Shown: positions 10,591 to 41,212 of the stretch, in pieces
Layout: every line of letters starts with the position of its first letter
Numbering within the stretch: position 1 is the first letter of the stretch
Assembly: GCA_002269645.1 (NCBI GenBank)
Contig: NIVC01000692.1
Span: 180,187 to 244,186, forward strand
DNA length: 64,000 bases
Origin: Macrostomum lignano
Taxonomy: Eukaryota
Reading direction: 5' to 3'
Notes under the pieces: model-generated
Told to the model about the DNA's origin: nothing
Database searches by the model: none
Seen by the model: the letters and a program-made list of their open reading frames with translations, nothing else
Program-made: the position numbers and the translations under genes

Positions 10591-13099
10591 ATGAGCCGGG
10601 TTATAAAGAGCTTGCGCAATCTGGATATTGGCAGTCAGCTGTCATCGAAGCCGGGCAAGCTAGAAGAGAACGATAACGAACAGCGGCAGCAGCAGCAAAT
10701 TGCCGCGGCGGAGAGCGGCTCGGGCAAGTCGGGCGGCGGCCTGCTCAGCAGGCTGAAGCCGGGCAAGCAGAAGAGCTACGAAAACCTGCTGGACGCCGGC
10801 TCGCCCACAGAAGAGCGACCGAAGCAGCGGCAGAGTCCCCAATCCGGTTGGGCCACATTTGAAGACAGCGCCAATCTGATCGACTTGTCATCTCCTTTGC
10901 CGCCGGCGCCGCCGCCCGTATCGACTCAGCCGGCGTTTTTTATCGACGCATCGGCGCCGCGCACGCAGCAGCCGCTGATCATCAGATCGGACAACGGCAG
11001 ACACGGCGGCAGTCTGGAATGTCTCAGTGTGAATGTAAGTAGTATGGTGCGGGTCTTGCATTCTAGTGTAGTATGTTATGAATCAATTTGGTAGGAAGCA
11101 ATTAGCGATGCTCTCATTTACCTGATTCTAGACTTTATAATCAAAACAATCTACTGCTGCTCTGCTAGAATTATTATTCATGTGTATTTCTTTTTGTTCA
11201 TTTTTAATTCTTAGCCCGGAGGCGGAGCCCAGGCTCTGTTCAATCCATCATTTCGAAAGGAGTCACCCAAGGCCAAGGCTGCGCCGGCCCCGCCGCCGGC
11301 ATCGTCCTCGTCGGCTACGCAACTTCGGGCGACGCGGCAGACACCGCCGCCCAGGCCGACTCAGCCGCCACCAAGGCCCAGTCAGCCGCCTAAGGTTAAT
11401 GATAGCCCCCAGAAATCATCCCTTTACCATCACAAATGCGTTGCAGCAACTGTCCTTTTACTGACCCTTAAAATGCCACTTACCTGACCTGATCGCCAGA
11501 CACCGACCAAAGAATCGCCCTTTGACCCACCTAAAGAATCGCCCCTTGACCCACCTCAAGAATCGCCCCTTGACCCACCTAAAGAATCGCCCCTTGACCC
11601 ACCTCAAGAATCGCCCCTTGACCCACCTCAAGAATCGCCCCTTGACCCACCTCAAGAATCGCCCCTTGACCCACCTAAAGAATCGCCCCTTGACCCACCA
11701 AAGAATCGGCCCTTGACCCACCAAAGAATCACCCCTTGACCCACCTAAAGAATCGCCCCTTGACCCACCAAAGAATCGCCCCTTGACCCACCAAAGAATC
11801 GCCATAAACTAAGCATGCCTAATTTCATAACAATCGCAGGTAACATCAAGCGCTTCCAGCAATGCTCTGCTACTGCTAGACTTGGACTTTGGGCATCCCC
11901 AGCAGCAGCAGCAGCAACAGCAGCCGCCGCAGCCAGCAGCAAAGTCAAGAAAAGCGCCGGCGCCGCCCCCGCCGGCACACCAGCAGCCGTTCAAGCGGCA
12001 ACCTCAGCAGCTGCCGCAGACGCAGCCTCCCCAGCCAGAGTTGGCGCCGGATTTAACCGGTCACTTGACACCCGGCTCCGTGTGCTCGGCCAAATTCGAC
12101 CTGGCCAATCCGCCAGATCCCGGCATTCTCAGCCTGCGGCGCGGCGATCTCATGACTATTGTACGCCGAGAAGACGATAACTGGATGGTGGCAAGGCGAC
12201 TCACTGGCGACTGTCTGGAAGGCCTTGTCGCCTGCAGCTATTTGGCCCCGGCTAAGGACTGTGAGCCCCTTTTGTGTCTACAAGTATCAGTAGGGTTAGA
12301 TGGGACTGTAAAGATTAAAGAGAAGGCGCTGAGGATTAAAGAGAAGACGCTTATGACTAAAGAGAAAGTGTTGAGGATTAAAGACTTGAATTGCTATTTT
12401 TGGTTATTTTCAAAACCGTTGTACCTGTTTTCTTTGTTTTCTTTTTCAGCGGCAGCCACGCCAGCCCCTGCGCCATCGCCACCCTCGGCAGCCGCGCCAT
12501 CGCCACCGGCGGCAGCCGAGTCCTTAGCAACCAAAGCTCGCAGCCTGCACGAATACAGATCGGATCATCCGGGTGATCTGAGCTTCCCAGCCGGTCAGCT
12601 GATTAGCGAGGTTCGCCGGGTCGACTCTGATTGGCTTGAGGGCCGACTGGCTAGCGGGCTGCCCGGCCTCTTCCCAGCCAATCACGTCCGCTTGATTCTC
12701 TACCCGGCGACGGCCGCCTACGCTTTCCCGGCGCAGGAGGCCGGCGATCTGGCACTGCAGGTCGGCGACTCGGTCGACGTCCTCGCCGAGCTGCCCGGCG
12801 GCGAGTGGCTTCGAGGAGTTCGTCGGCGCCGGCCAGGAAAAGCAGACAACGGCGGTGTCGACGAGGAGGCCGGCAACTTTCCCGCCGCGTTTGTCGTCTC
12901 CGAGGAGTCGGCAGCGGCCGAGCCGGCGCCGAGCGCGCGCGCGATTCACGACTTCGCTGGTCGAGAATCGGACGAGTTGAGCTTCCAGGCTGGCGACCTG
13001 CTGACCAGCCTGACGGAGCTCGGGCCGGACTGGCTGTCCGGGATGGCGGCTGACGGTCGCCGCGGAATGTTCCCGAGGGCCTTCGTGGAGCTGCTGTGA
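10591..13099 (+). CDS. Proline-rich protein with four SH3 domains (SH3D19-like endocytic adaptor), about 564 aa
   Basis: Exons 10591-11034, 11215-11394, 11840-12260, 12450-13099 have GT-AG ends and consistent phases (1695 nt). SH3 motifs: AKFD..LSLRRGD..NW..GLVACSYL; SLHEY..DLSFPAGQ..DW..GLFPANHV; AAYAF..DLALQVGD..EW..GNFPAAFV; AIHDF..ELSFQAGD..DW..GMFPRAFV. The exon 3 acceptor choice is uncertain. Confidence 0.85.
11505..11795. repeat. 24-bp minisatellite in SH3-gene intron 2
   Basis: Unit AAGAATCGCCCCTTGACCCACCT(A/C), about 12 copies. Confidence 0.95.
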
Positions 13100-13169
13100 C
13101 GGCACGTTTTTCTTAGAAAATCTACTGGAAGATGCATCTTGCGCATATCGTCTGGCGACTCGGGTATAC

Positions 13170-13175
13170 AATAAA
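13170..13175 (+). terminator. Polyadenylation signal of the SH3 gene
   Basis: AATAAA about 70 nt after the TGA, followed by T-rich sequence. Confidence 0.55.
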
Positions 13176-15441
13176 TATCTATTTGTGTCTCTGCTTCTCC
13201 GTACATTAATTTAATCTTTCAAATTCTATAGATTGATTTTTCTCCGTTATAGTTTTAAATTTTGTTGCTTCAACTTCTATCGAAACTGCCCGTGTTGTGT
13301 ATTCAATAATAGTTACTACTACTAATCGTATTGTACCAAAGGTTATATGTAATCACAAGATGGGCCCTTATTAGTTAACTGCTATAAGAAGGTAATATTT
13401 ACACATTACCTGTCTTGTGTTTATATATGATCTTTGTACTATTAGTAGTACGGATTACCGCACTGAGAGTTTGGTCTTCCTTTCACAGCCAAAGTCTGCA
13501 ACGCAAGATCTTATCGAGCCATTCTCGCTTGTCTAATTAATTCGAATCAGTCTTCTTTGTCCAGCAAATTTATACACTCACCGCCAAGCAAGGCTTCTAA
13601 TATCAATGAATTATTGAATTTAATTTGCACTCAAGCCCGCCCAAGAGTCTTTGTTTCGTCTTGTACTATTCGTGAAGGCTCTCTACCATGTTGTACGTGA
13701 ATTATCTGCCTGTTTTTTGTCGCGATTTTCATGTGTATCTTGGCCAATATGAATCTTCTGATTGTGTGCATGTTTAACTCGCTGTCTGGCTTGCTTTCAA
13801 TGCTCAATTATTTATTTTAATATATTCTATTATATTCATATTGGAGTCTATTTTTGCGCCAAATAATTCACTTTGATTAACTAGCCAATAGCCGCATGCG
13901 AGCTGTTTGTGACGACGGGGCAGCGACAATTAACTGCCCACTATTAGAGATTAGGTTTCTGAATTAGGGTATTAGGGTTCAGGTTTAGGCACAGATACTA
14001 AAATAACTAAGAATACTAAGATAGGCCACTCAGCACATTTGCTTGCAAGCTACTTTCAGTTCAGTAGTAAGGTTAACTGAAGCATTTAAATGTATTTTAA
14101 AGACAAGGCTTATTTTTATTGGCTCTTACCCCCCAAAGCTTAATTAAACCCTCACTCCACAAAGAACCTCTACCCCTGCCCCGCCACCCAATTTTTCTAA
14201 CCTTCCTCCGTTGTTCCAGTCTAAATCTGCCATGTTTATTTTGACAGTGGTTAGTACATTATGGCTCAACCAATTAGTAAGCTGTTTACGTCTGCAAGCT
14301 TGGCTTCTAAACTTATCAAAGTCATTTCGATCGGCCGATCAGCTGCCTGCCTTTATTCCTAAATTCTTATAAAATAGCTTATGTATTATTCATTGCTACT
14401 GAACTGAAAGTTGAAAGTTGTTTTGCTAAGTATATTTGCCTGAGTGGCCCATCCAGTTATTCTTGTATCTGTGGCTTTATGCCCGGCAGTCAGTTTGTGT
14501 CGTGGACCCGTGACTGACCGAGGCCATCCCCGCTCTGCTGCTCCACACAAAAGTCGGTCAATGCAAATTTATTTTCTTGTACTGCTTGCCTCGGCCAATA
14601 TTTAATTTATTTTTATCTGCTAGCAAAAATAGATGATTAATCAGAATTGACTGTCGCTTACAAGCCGCGCTTGACGCCCGCTACATAGCAAGGAAATACA
14701 CACAAAGTGCTGTCTACTTTTTTCATTCTATTTTTTCTCTTTGAGTCAAAAGTGTTTGTCCTGTAAACCAGCTTTCATGCTTTTAAGTGGCTTTATGTTT
14801 TTTTGCCTCGTAAAATAACAAACAAAAAGCATCTCTTAGCAATTTATGCACAACAGAACTGAACGCCTAAACGGCACAGCGAGTTTTTCTGGCGCTGCAT
14901 AACTACTATTAGTAGCTGCAGTGCTCGGAACTGATTTAATAACTATTAGTTTGACAGTTAGGCAAAGTATAAAAATTGCTATTTAGAAAAGCGGATTAAA
15001 GCAGACAACACGGAAAATTGCACAGAGAAGCAGAATACTTGCAACTCAAACTGGCACGGGGAGTGCGTGCGGGTAAAGTTAAAAAATGGCAATGCTTCTG
15101 TTACACTGTTCTAGTAAAATTTGTTTGAAGAACCTTTGAAAAAGAAAACTCGCACTCATACTGAAGTATGATTGCATCGTTATAACCGATTGATAAATCA
15201 CGGGACAGTCAGACAACATGCCGAGGTCACTGGGGTCAGCGATTGACAAAAACATAATTACTCGTATTATAATAGCAAATAACAATATACGAGCGTAGAC
15301 AATATAGTAGTAGTTTATCGCTACAACAAATATTAAATAAATCAGTTGAATACAAACAGCTGCAAATTTTAATTCAACGAGTTAAAAACTTTTCAATTAT
15401 CAATAGTAAAGACTTTAATTATTGAATTTTCGCAAGCGACG

Positions 15442-33328
<17,887 letters not shown>

Positions 33329-33587
33329 ATCGCTGGTACCGACTGAGGCAGCAATTTGAAAGAAATTGTCAGTCAAAAATGTGTATTTTTCTGCCTTGTT
33401 ATAAAATATTCGATACATATCGGCAGAACTATATTTTGCAAGTCAAAATTAACGTAAATATTTAATTAATCAAAAAATATTTGGATATATCGAAAACAAT
33501 ATAAGGCCTCTCAACTTAACAGAGAGATTTCAAAAGAAAAAATAAAGCGCCCTGTGCCATGCAAGAGCTATATACGTCACAGCTACT

Positions 33588-33659
33588 TGCCGTGACCAGG
33601 ATTCGAACCTGGGTTGTCTCGGCCACAACGAGAAGTACTAACCACTATACGATCACGGC
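33588..33659 (-). tRNA. trnH-GUG: tRNA-His (GUG)
   Basis: GCCGTGATCGTATAGTGGTTAGTACTTCTCGTTGTGGCCGAGACAACCCAGGTTCGAATCCTGGTCACGGCA. Paired acceptor stem, anticodon arm TCTCG-TTGTGGC-CGAGA, intact A and B boxes, and a T-run about 45 nt downstream. G-1 is not encoded, as usual for eukaryotes. Confidence 0.97.
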
Positions 33660-35793
33660 TAACCGGCGCTGCTTGAGTAGGATGATGGAGTGACAATTTA
33701 ATGGAGGGGAGCCCTACAAACATCACAAAATAGTTAAAAATAGTCTAAGGGAATAGCTAAAAAGCCCAAGCTACATCATCAGATTATATAGCTGTGCAGA
33801 TAATGGATAAAAATATCAGATAAAAATTCTACTTGGTGTCTACTACTAACCAGAAATCCTGGACACATTCCATGCGCTGATGTGCACTAACAAAAACTTG
33901 TGCACTTGCATGCACATTTCTGGCAAACTTGTGCGACTCTAAAAAGTTTGTGTGCAGCTTTCTTTGCAAAAAACACGCTTGAATTCATTTAAAAAAAATT
34001 GGATATTGCACTTGTTGCAATCAAAGTTATTGCGCTTAAAAGCAAAGCTACTGAGCACTACATTAACTTTAAAGAAAGAATTATAAAACTTATTTTTTAG
34101 GTATTCATTTAAAATTTATATCGAAAAAAGATAAAATTTGTTCACATTTTATTACTTTTTCTATTAAAAAAGGCAATTTTTTAGTAATAATAAGTGCTGT
34201 TTTATTTATTTTATCCTTAAAATACTAGAATAACTAGATGTCACTCAATTAAAACTGTGAAAAGTAGAACATCTATTCCTTTTTAGTAGTTGTCTGTGCT
34301 AATATAATTTCAAATTAATATAGCAGCTAAAATTTACTTTCCTTCCTTGGGTTTGCAGCCTTAGGAGCATATGGGATTAAGAATAAACAAGCATCTACTC
34401 GTATTAACTCAAATAGCTTGATGTATACAAATGAATACAAGATAGATGAAACTTAGCCTAGGGGGTAGGCCCAATTGAGCTCAGCTAATGAAAGAGCAGC
34501 AATTCTAATAAATACCACACACAAGCAAACAAGAGGAAGGCTAGGGGCTGGGGCACCACCACTTTCTCTCTTGCTTGCTATGCATACACTTAATTTGGGT
34601 TGTTTGCTCAATCAACTACTTAACCTCTCCTCCCTTTCAAGCAAGGGTCTATGTAACACTTTTAACCTATAAAATGCTTATTGGTAGTTGAGAGAACTAG
34701 AAAAATGTATTTACACTGTAGACTTTTTAATAGTTACCTTCTATATAGCACTTCTTAGCTTTAAATCAATTGACATTGACAAAATTACTTCATCATGCTA
34801 AGTGCATAATGTTGCTGCACATCTGGATATACAATTAGCTTAATGTTACTACTGGAGGCTAGATAGCCCATTCACCTTCATTGCTTTCCAAGCAATATAT
34901 AAAGTAGCTCCGCATTAGTAATAGATTTTGGAGCTTGAATTCATGAACTTGCAACTATATGCAAACAAAATTTGCAAGTCTGTAGCTTGCATTTTCTATC
35001 TAGCACCTACAATTACCCAGCTTTAAGACACCATGCCAGAGCATAGCTAGGCTGGAACACCTTTCCATACCTTGAAATGACAATGCCTTGCTTGAGTCAT
35101 TATGATCTCAAACCTATAATAGATAGAAACAACAAAAAAGTAGAAAAAGCCTACCTACCTTAGCTTGAGAATTGAGAAAAAGATCCAGTGGCAGTAGCAA
35201 TGCCTCATCTAAGTCTATAACCACCATCTATGTAGTATAGAAACTAGTATGTTGCAAAAGCTACCATGACTATTGAGCATGCAACCAAGACTTTAATACA
35301 GCTAACTCAATGCATGAGCAGATAGCAAATGACCATCAAGCACCTAGCAACAAAGTTGCAAGGCAGACAAGGATGACCTCACTGCTTCAATAAGACTCCA
35401 CCATAAAAGCCCAGCTATATACAGGATGCTCCAAAATGGTCTCATTTGTAAAAATTTGTTTAAGGAATAAAGAAGTTATTCAATTTTTAATGAAAAAAAT
35501 TGGGTTTCCTAATGGGAAATTTACATTAGGACTATGATCATTTTGACCAAAAAATTGATTTATTTGAGTCCTTTACACTGTAACTTTGCTACACCGAATT
35601 TTATGAGCTTAGTGTCATTTTTTAGCATTTTTCTTTTAGATTTTTTTGTATTAGTGCTTTGCAAAATACAATTGATAGTTTTTCTTCTATTCTTAAAATA
35701 ATGAGGTGCCATAAATGGAATTTTAATCCTTAGACCACAATTATTCTTTTTTTTTCTGTATATTATATAGATCATCCAGGTTCAACACCAAGC

Positions 35794-36103
35794 CCCTATT
35801 GCAGCCAATGGCCATTTTCGTGGACGGCGTCCGGCGCAGATTTTGGCCTGGCGGCGGCGCGGCACGCGGCGGCGGCGCGGCACGTGGCGGTGGTGCGCGG
35901 TGGCGTGGCGTGTGGCAGTGGCGCGCGGTGGCGTGGCGCGGGGGCATGGGAGAGGGGTGCGGGGGCACACGTGAGGAGGGGCACAAAGGGTTATATTGAA
36001 GCAAATCACTGATCCTGGGGACTGGCCCTGGCGCGGTACGAGTAGATGTCTGGCGCGGGAAAGGGGGGCATCCGGCGCGGTTCAGACCTTGGCTGCAATA
36101 GGG
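35794..36103. mobile_element. GC-rich MITE with 15-bp TIRs and 8-bp TSD
   Basis: TIR CCCTATTGCAGCCAA / TTGGCTGCAATAGGG; exact direct repeat CACCAAGC at 35786-35793 and 36104-36111. Confidence 0.85.
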
Positions 36104-37356
36104 CACCAAGCCAATCATCTGTCCAGCAAGTGGCCTAGCAAGTTAAGTTGCAAAAATGCCAATCTAATTAGTACTTTAAATTAGGAAAGGAGTACTAATT
36201 AGATGATGAGGTATTTATTCTTGCCATTTACCCAAACCATCAGTACAATTATTGGGGTTGTGGGAAGATCTGGCAATGAGATCATTGTTTGCTTTTGTTT
36301 GTATGCCATTTTGAATAATAAAACAGAAGTAAAAAATTAAACAAAAGTTTTAAACAAAGTTTTAACAAAATAAGCTCTTGCAAAAATAGTAAAAAGTGCT
36401 CATTTTCTTATTGTTAGTAGCTTCAAAAAAACTTCAAATGCAAAAATGCCTATGCGGGACACTACACTTACACTCAAACTGATTCTTGCATTGTATTTAG
36501 ATATGAAATCTATGCTAGAAACAGCTTTCAAAGCTTTGTTGCTTCTTTTCCATAATGAAAAAAATGCTAATTTTTTAATTGCCTATAGACATTCAATGCA
36601 AAAACAACCTGAGAAACTGCTCTGCAGGAACACCTTTTTGGATATGTTAATTGCAATTGATACACTCCACAAGGCCCTGTTTATAACCAAACACATTTAA
36701 TCATTGCTGTTATTAGAAGGGTTTGAAAAAAGAAAACAAAATTTAAACTAGCAAAATAAAGATGTTAGGAAAAAATGATTGCTGTTTTGTCCTGGAATAC
36801 ACTTTAATTGCTACTCTACTTATATCTAGTCTTTATTTGTGTTTAAATAGGCTTAACTTACTTTAAATTTCAATTTTCCAAAATATCAGTTTTATAAGTT
36901 GCATCTTCACTTTGGTTTTTCTATCAAAAAGTAGCCAAACTTCTGTTTAACATAACTTGGCTTATGTTGCACATTTTAAGATAGTTTAAAAACTATTGTG
37001 GTTTATTTTTTGTCTAGTTGGTAGTGTATATTTATTTTTTCTAGTTTGTTTGCATACTGGCTTGATTTTAATTTTACAATAGGCACTACTTTACAATTTT
37101 CTGCAACTTTTGACCTTGTTTTTCAGCTTGTCAGAGTCTTTACTTAGTTGTATAATTTTTTTAAAATCCTTTAAAAATCTTAGGCAAGATAGTATTATTA
37201 TATAATAATCATTGCATGATATGATATATTAAATAGTAAGACTAGGCCTATATTGTGTTTTTTTATAAGGCCTATTGCTTTTAAAAGCTTAGCAAATATT
37301 TTATAAAACAAAGTTTTTTAAAGTAGGGCCTATGAATACTTAGGCCTAGTAAATAG

Positions 37357-37757
37357 TAAAGGTCGGATGGGATCCCGATCCTGATCCCGAAATCTCGGGA
37401 TCCCGAGAAAAATTGAATTCCCGCAGGACCAGAATCCTGACCCTAAAAAACTCGAGATTTGGGAACAGGTCTTTTGATTAATAATTTATAGAATTAATGA
37501 TTACTTGAAGGTATTTTGCTTTAACTTGTAACTCGTTACATTATTTACTTTGTTGGTTACAAAACTTCATATCAATTTTGTTGTGTTTTACTTCTTGATC
37601 TTGACAATCTTTGACTTTTCTCAATTTTGTTTAACTTTACATGGACAATACACTAAAAGACCTGATCCTGATTCCCGAAATCTCGATCCCGATCCCGAGA
37701 AAAAAATTATTCCCGATCCCGATCCTGCCCAAAGATTTCAATCCCATCCGACCTCTA
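37357..37757. mobile_element. hAT-type MITE
   Basis: TIR TA(A/G)AGGTCGGATGGGAT / ATCCCATCCGACCTCTA; exact 8-bp TSD GTAAATAG (37349-37356, 37758-37765); many subterminal GATCCC motifs. Confidence 0.9.
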
Positions 37758-39288
37758 GTAAATAGAGCAATTGCCTACACTTTGGATTTAAAGTGTTTTT
37801 TTTATAAATATAAATAAAACCTTTAGTCAATTTAGTTTATTGTGAATATTAATATTAATAAGCCTATTATATTAACCCTATAGGCTATATAGGGCCTATA
37901 TAATATAAATATCAAATATTTAAAGAAAAAATTCTTTATAACTTAATATCTTTATTTGATTTTGAATAGGCCTAGTCAATTTCAGTTTAAATAGTTTGTT
38001 ATTGGCTTCAAACTTCAAACTTTTAAAAATAAAAACCAATTTAACTTTGTAATGGCTAGAAGGCCTATATAAATATAATTTATTTGTTTATATTCATATT
38101 TATATATAAATATAATGGCTAGAAGGCCTAGAGCATAACCACAATCATCTTTGAAGCTGACCAGCCTGACCTAAGGCCAATTGCCAAGCTTATTGACATT
38201 GATATTAACCTATAGAAGCTCATTGCTCACATTGCTAATAATCAATAAGATGTCAACTATTTGCTAATTGGCCATGCTTAGGCCTATATCTATATGGTGC
38301 TCTTTTTTCTGGGAAAGGTCTTTAGAAACTTCCTCTTTCCATATTGGATGGCTTACCACTTATAGGTCTAATTATTAATATTAGCCTATTGCCTACTAGG
38401 GCCTATTCTTAACTGATCTGACACTTGACTTAACCTGACTGTCCTAACACTTAGGCTAGGGCCTATATATAATAATATGCCTTTTACTCATATTCCCCTG
38501 ATTTCAACCATCTGTGTAAAAAAAACTGAAAAATAATTCTATGCAGCAAACTGTCAGGATTGTCAATATTAGATATCAGCCAGTAAGGCCTACTGCTAAA
38601 ATCTATTTGAATTAGTCTAAACTAAACAAAAGTTTTTGTTTGATGTTGTTGACATGCTCTAGCCTCTAGCTAAGCTAGGCCTGCACAAAAACAAATTTGC
38701 CTATGGTGAGCTGATATTGAAATTCTAGGCCTACTCTTAGGGTACACTTGCCCTCCAACTATTATAGGTCTATTATAGCACTCTCATTACTCATACTCTC
38801 AGCCTATCTGCCTGTGTCTCGACTCTCCTAAGTCAGTATGTATAAATATAAGTTGAGATTGTAAAAAACTAGCTAAGCATTAGTAGAGTAAGTAGGTCAG
38901 GCAAATAGCGTGTTCGGCCAACTCAGCTCAATGTATTTTCTCGGAAAAGTAGGCTAATTAATGTACGCTCCCACATTCCCAAAGCTAAAACCGATAATTT
39001 ATTTAGCAATTTCGACAAAAATTGAAAATACGCGGAAAATATAAAGTTCCTTTGAAAAAAAGGTTTAACGTGCGCGCGCTAGAAATTCGGAATCTGACGG
39101 TTTTGTTTCGTTCTACACAGGTTCGAGCTAGTAGCATAGCTCGTAAGCGCAGTAATAATACGTAGGCCTATAGAGTATTGTTAAAATGGAACGAAGAAAT
39201 ACAAGTAGTATGGTATGCGCGCGAAATCGAGAATTGCAAAACATGAGCTTTCTACGAAATACACTGTAACACTTGTGGGGGGGGGGGC

Positions 39289-39612
39289 AATCACAAACCC
39301 AAAAAATCACTACTCCGAAAAGCGCTTTCCATCATGAACCCAAAATATCATAAACCCGAAATATCATAACTCCGAAATTACTAGCAACGCACTTCATAAA
39401 CACGAAATATCACAAACCCGAAATATCATAACTCTGAAAACCAAAAAAGTGTTGGACATTGCTAGAACTTTCGAAGTTATGAAAGTTCGGAGTTATAAAA
39501 AGCACGAAATATCATAACTTTCGGGTTTATGATATTTCGGGTTTATGATGTGCGTTGCTATTAATAAAATTCGGAGTTGTGATTTTTCGGGTTTATGATA
39601 TTCGGGTTTAAA
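39289..39612. mobile_element. Foldback-like element with ~15-bp subrepeats in inverted arms
   Basis: ATCATAAACCCGAAAT-like units at 39289-39435 are mirrored by TTTCGGGTTTATGAT units at 39520-39612. An internal TAGCAACGCAC / GTGCGTTGCTA pair is also inverted. TSD not found. Confidence 0.65.
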
Positions 39613-41212
39613 GAAAATTTATGGAATAAGTTAAGTAGCCATCATGTGTTCCATATATGACCCCCAGGCCCCAGACTATGAGAGAAGGAGAGTAAAACTT
39701 CAGCTCAGCTCATAAAGATTTCTGTTTAGGAATTGCGACAAGAGAAAGATGAGAGAGAAATCCTATATAATACCAGAATATATATACAGTAGCTATTGTT
39801 ATACTCGCGTATGCATATGTACGGTATACCTCCCAAGCTACAGAGGGACAGACAGCTTAGCTGTACAGAAAAATTAATGAGAAAAGGTCTAAGAAAAACT
39901 ATTTACACTTAAGCACCCCAAAATTCTAGAACCCATAGTAACTACATGTATAGAGAAACATAAATGGGGGTCAGTTAACTTTTTACCGAAATCAACTTGC
40001 TCTCCTATATATATCATATGCTCAAAATTGCACATCTCAAACGCTGAGCATCCGTGCCAAAAAGCACTAATCCAGCTGTTTTACATAATTTTGTCCTTCC
40101 TTATCCTGTCACTGTGTACCTCGCGTGCTTAAACATCACTCGCGCCCCATTACTCCACGAGGCCCAGCATCACGAAAACAATTTTGATGTTGATGCTGAG
40201 AATTTTTGCTGTAGGGGGGGGGGGGCTATAAACCCGACTGGCAAGCACAACCTGGACACCTGCAACTGCATGCAGGGAAGGGGACGAGCCACGCTTCATC
40301 GATCCAGAGCTCCGAAGGGTTACTGCCCGCAGAAGCAGAGCACGTTAAACTACTCCCGAACTAGTCCACGCCGATGTCATCCTGCAGATGCGCGCCAGCC
40401 ACAGGACTTGACGCGGCCACGTGGACTAATGAGCCCACCTGCCAGCGGTTGGGACACTTTGGTTCTTCAACAAATGGCACCTGGCGGTGTTCGTGAGTGA
40501 ACATTTGTGCTATATTGCTTATATTTTAAAGATCTACAGGTCAAGGTCAAGCTAAGCCTGTAGTACAAGAGAAAAAAATTAAACCAGAAAATTAATCTCC
40601 CACTTTGAGTCCCCGATATAGTTGACCCACCGGTCGAACAGGGGCTGGCTAACTCTTGCATACAGGAGCCAGTCTATAGAATTCTTATATTCAGTTCCCA
40701 AGACTGCATGCAATCGATGCAAGAGAAGGAGCGGAATTGATGGCATCGAAGGCTGGCTATGCGCAACTGCCTTCATAGAAAAAAAGAGAGAAATAGGCTG
40801 ATCAGATAACACAGAAAAGCGGAAGAAATGACACACTTGTGTAATGGAGCGAATGCTCATGGATACTCGTGGCAATTTCGGCGACTCTCGAGCAGCAGAC
40901 CTGGCAGCCGCAGTAGCTACAACTATATCTGCACTCCATCGCCGCTCGTGCCGCTGGAAATAATTAATTGCGGTCGGAGACTTGCAGACAGAGGCAACTC
41001 GCTCCCGCGGTGCAGAGCAGCAACCGAGTTACCCGAGTTGGAAGTCGGACTGTGGCGGGATGGCTGAATTAGTGGCGAGCGAGTGGCTTCGCGCGAATGT
41101 AGGGGAATTGACTAAATTAAATTTTTTATCGCACAGGTGGGTGGGTGCAAGGAACGCGGAATAAAGAAAGGAATTAGTGATATGCCATCTCTTGCCGCAG
41201 CTTTACGGATTG

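Noticed and set aside
4387-13099. Operon-like polycistron of the co-oriented SLC25 and SH3 genes
   Set aside because: 2.5-kb spacer containing a MITE and a minisatellite, plus a GC-rich promoter-like segment before the second gene; no positive evidence.
40054-40500. GC-rich 148-aa ORF, possible retroelement fragment
   Set aside because: No recognisable RT, endonuclease or other motif in any frame I translated.
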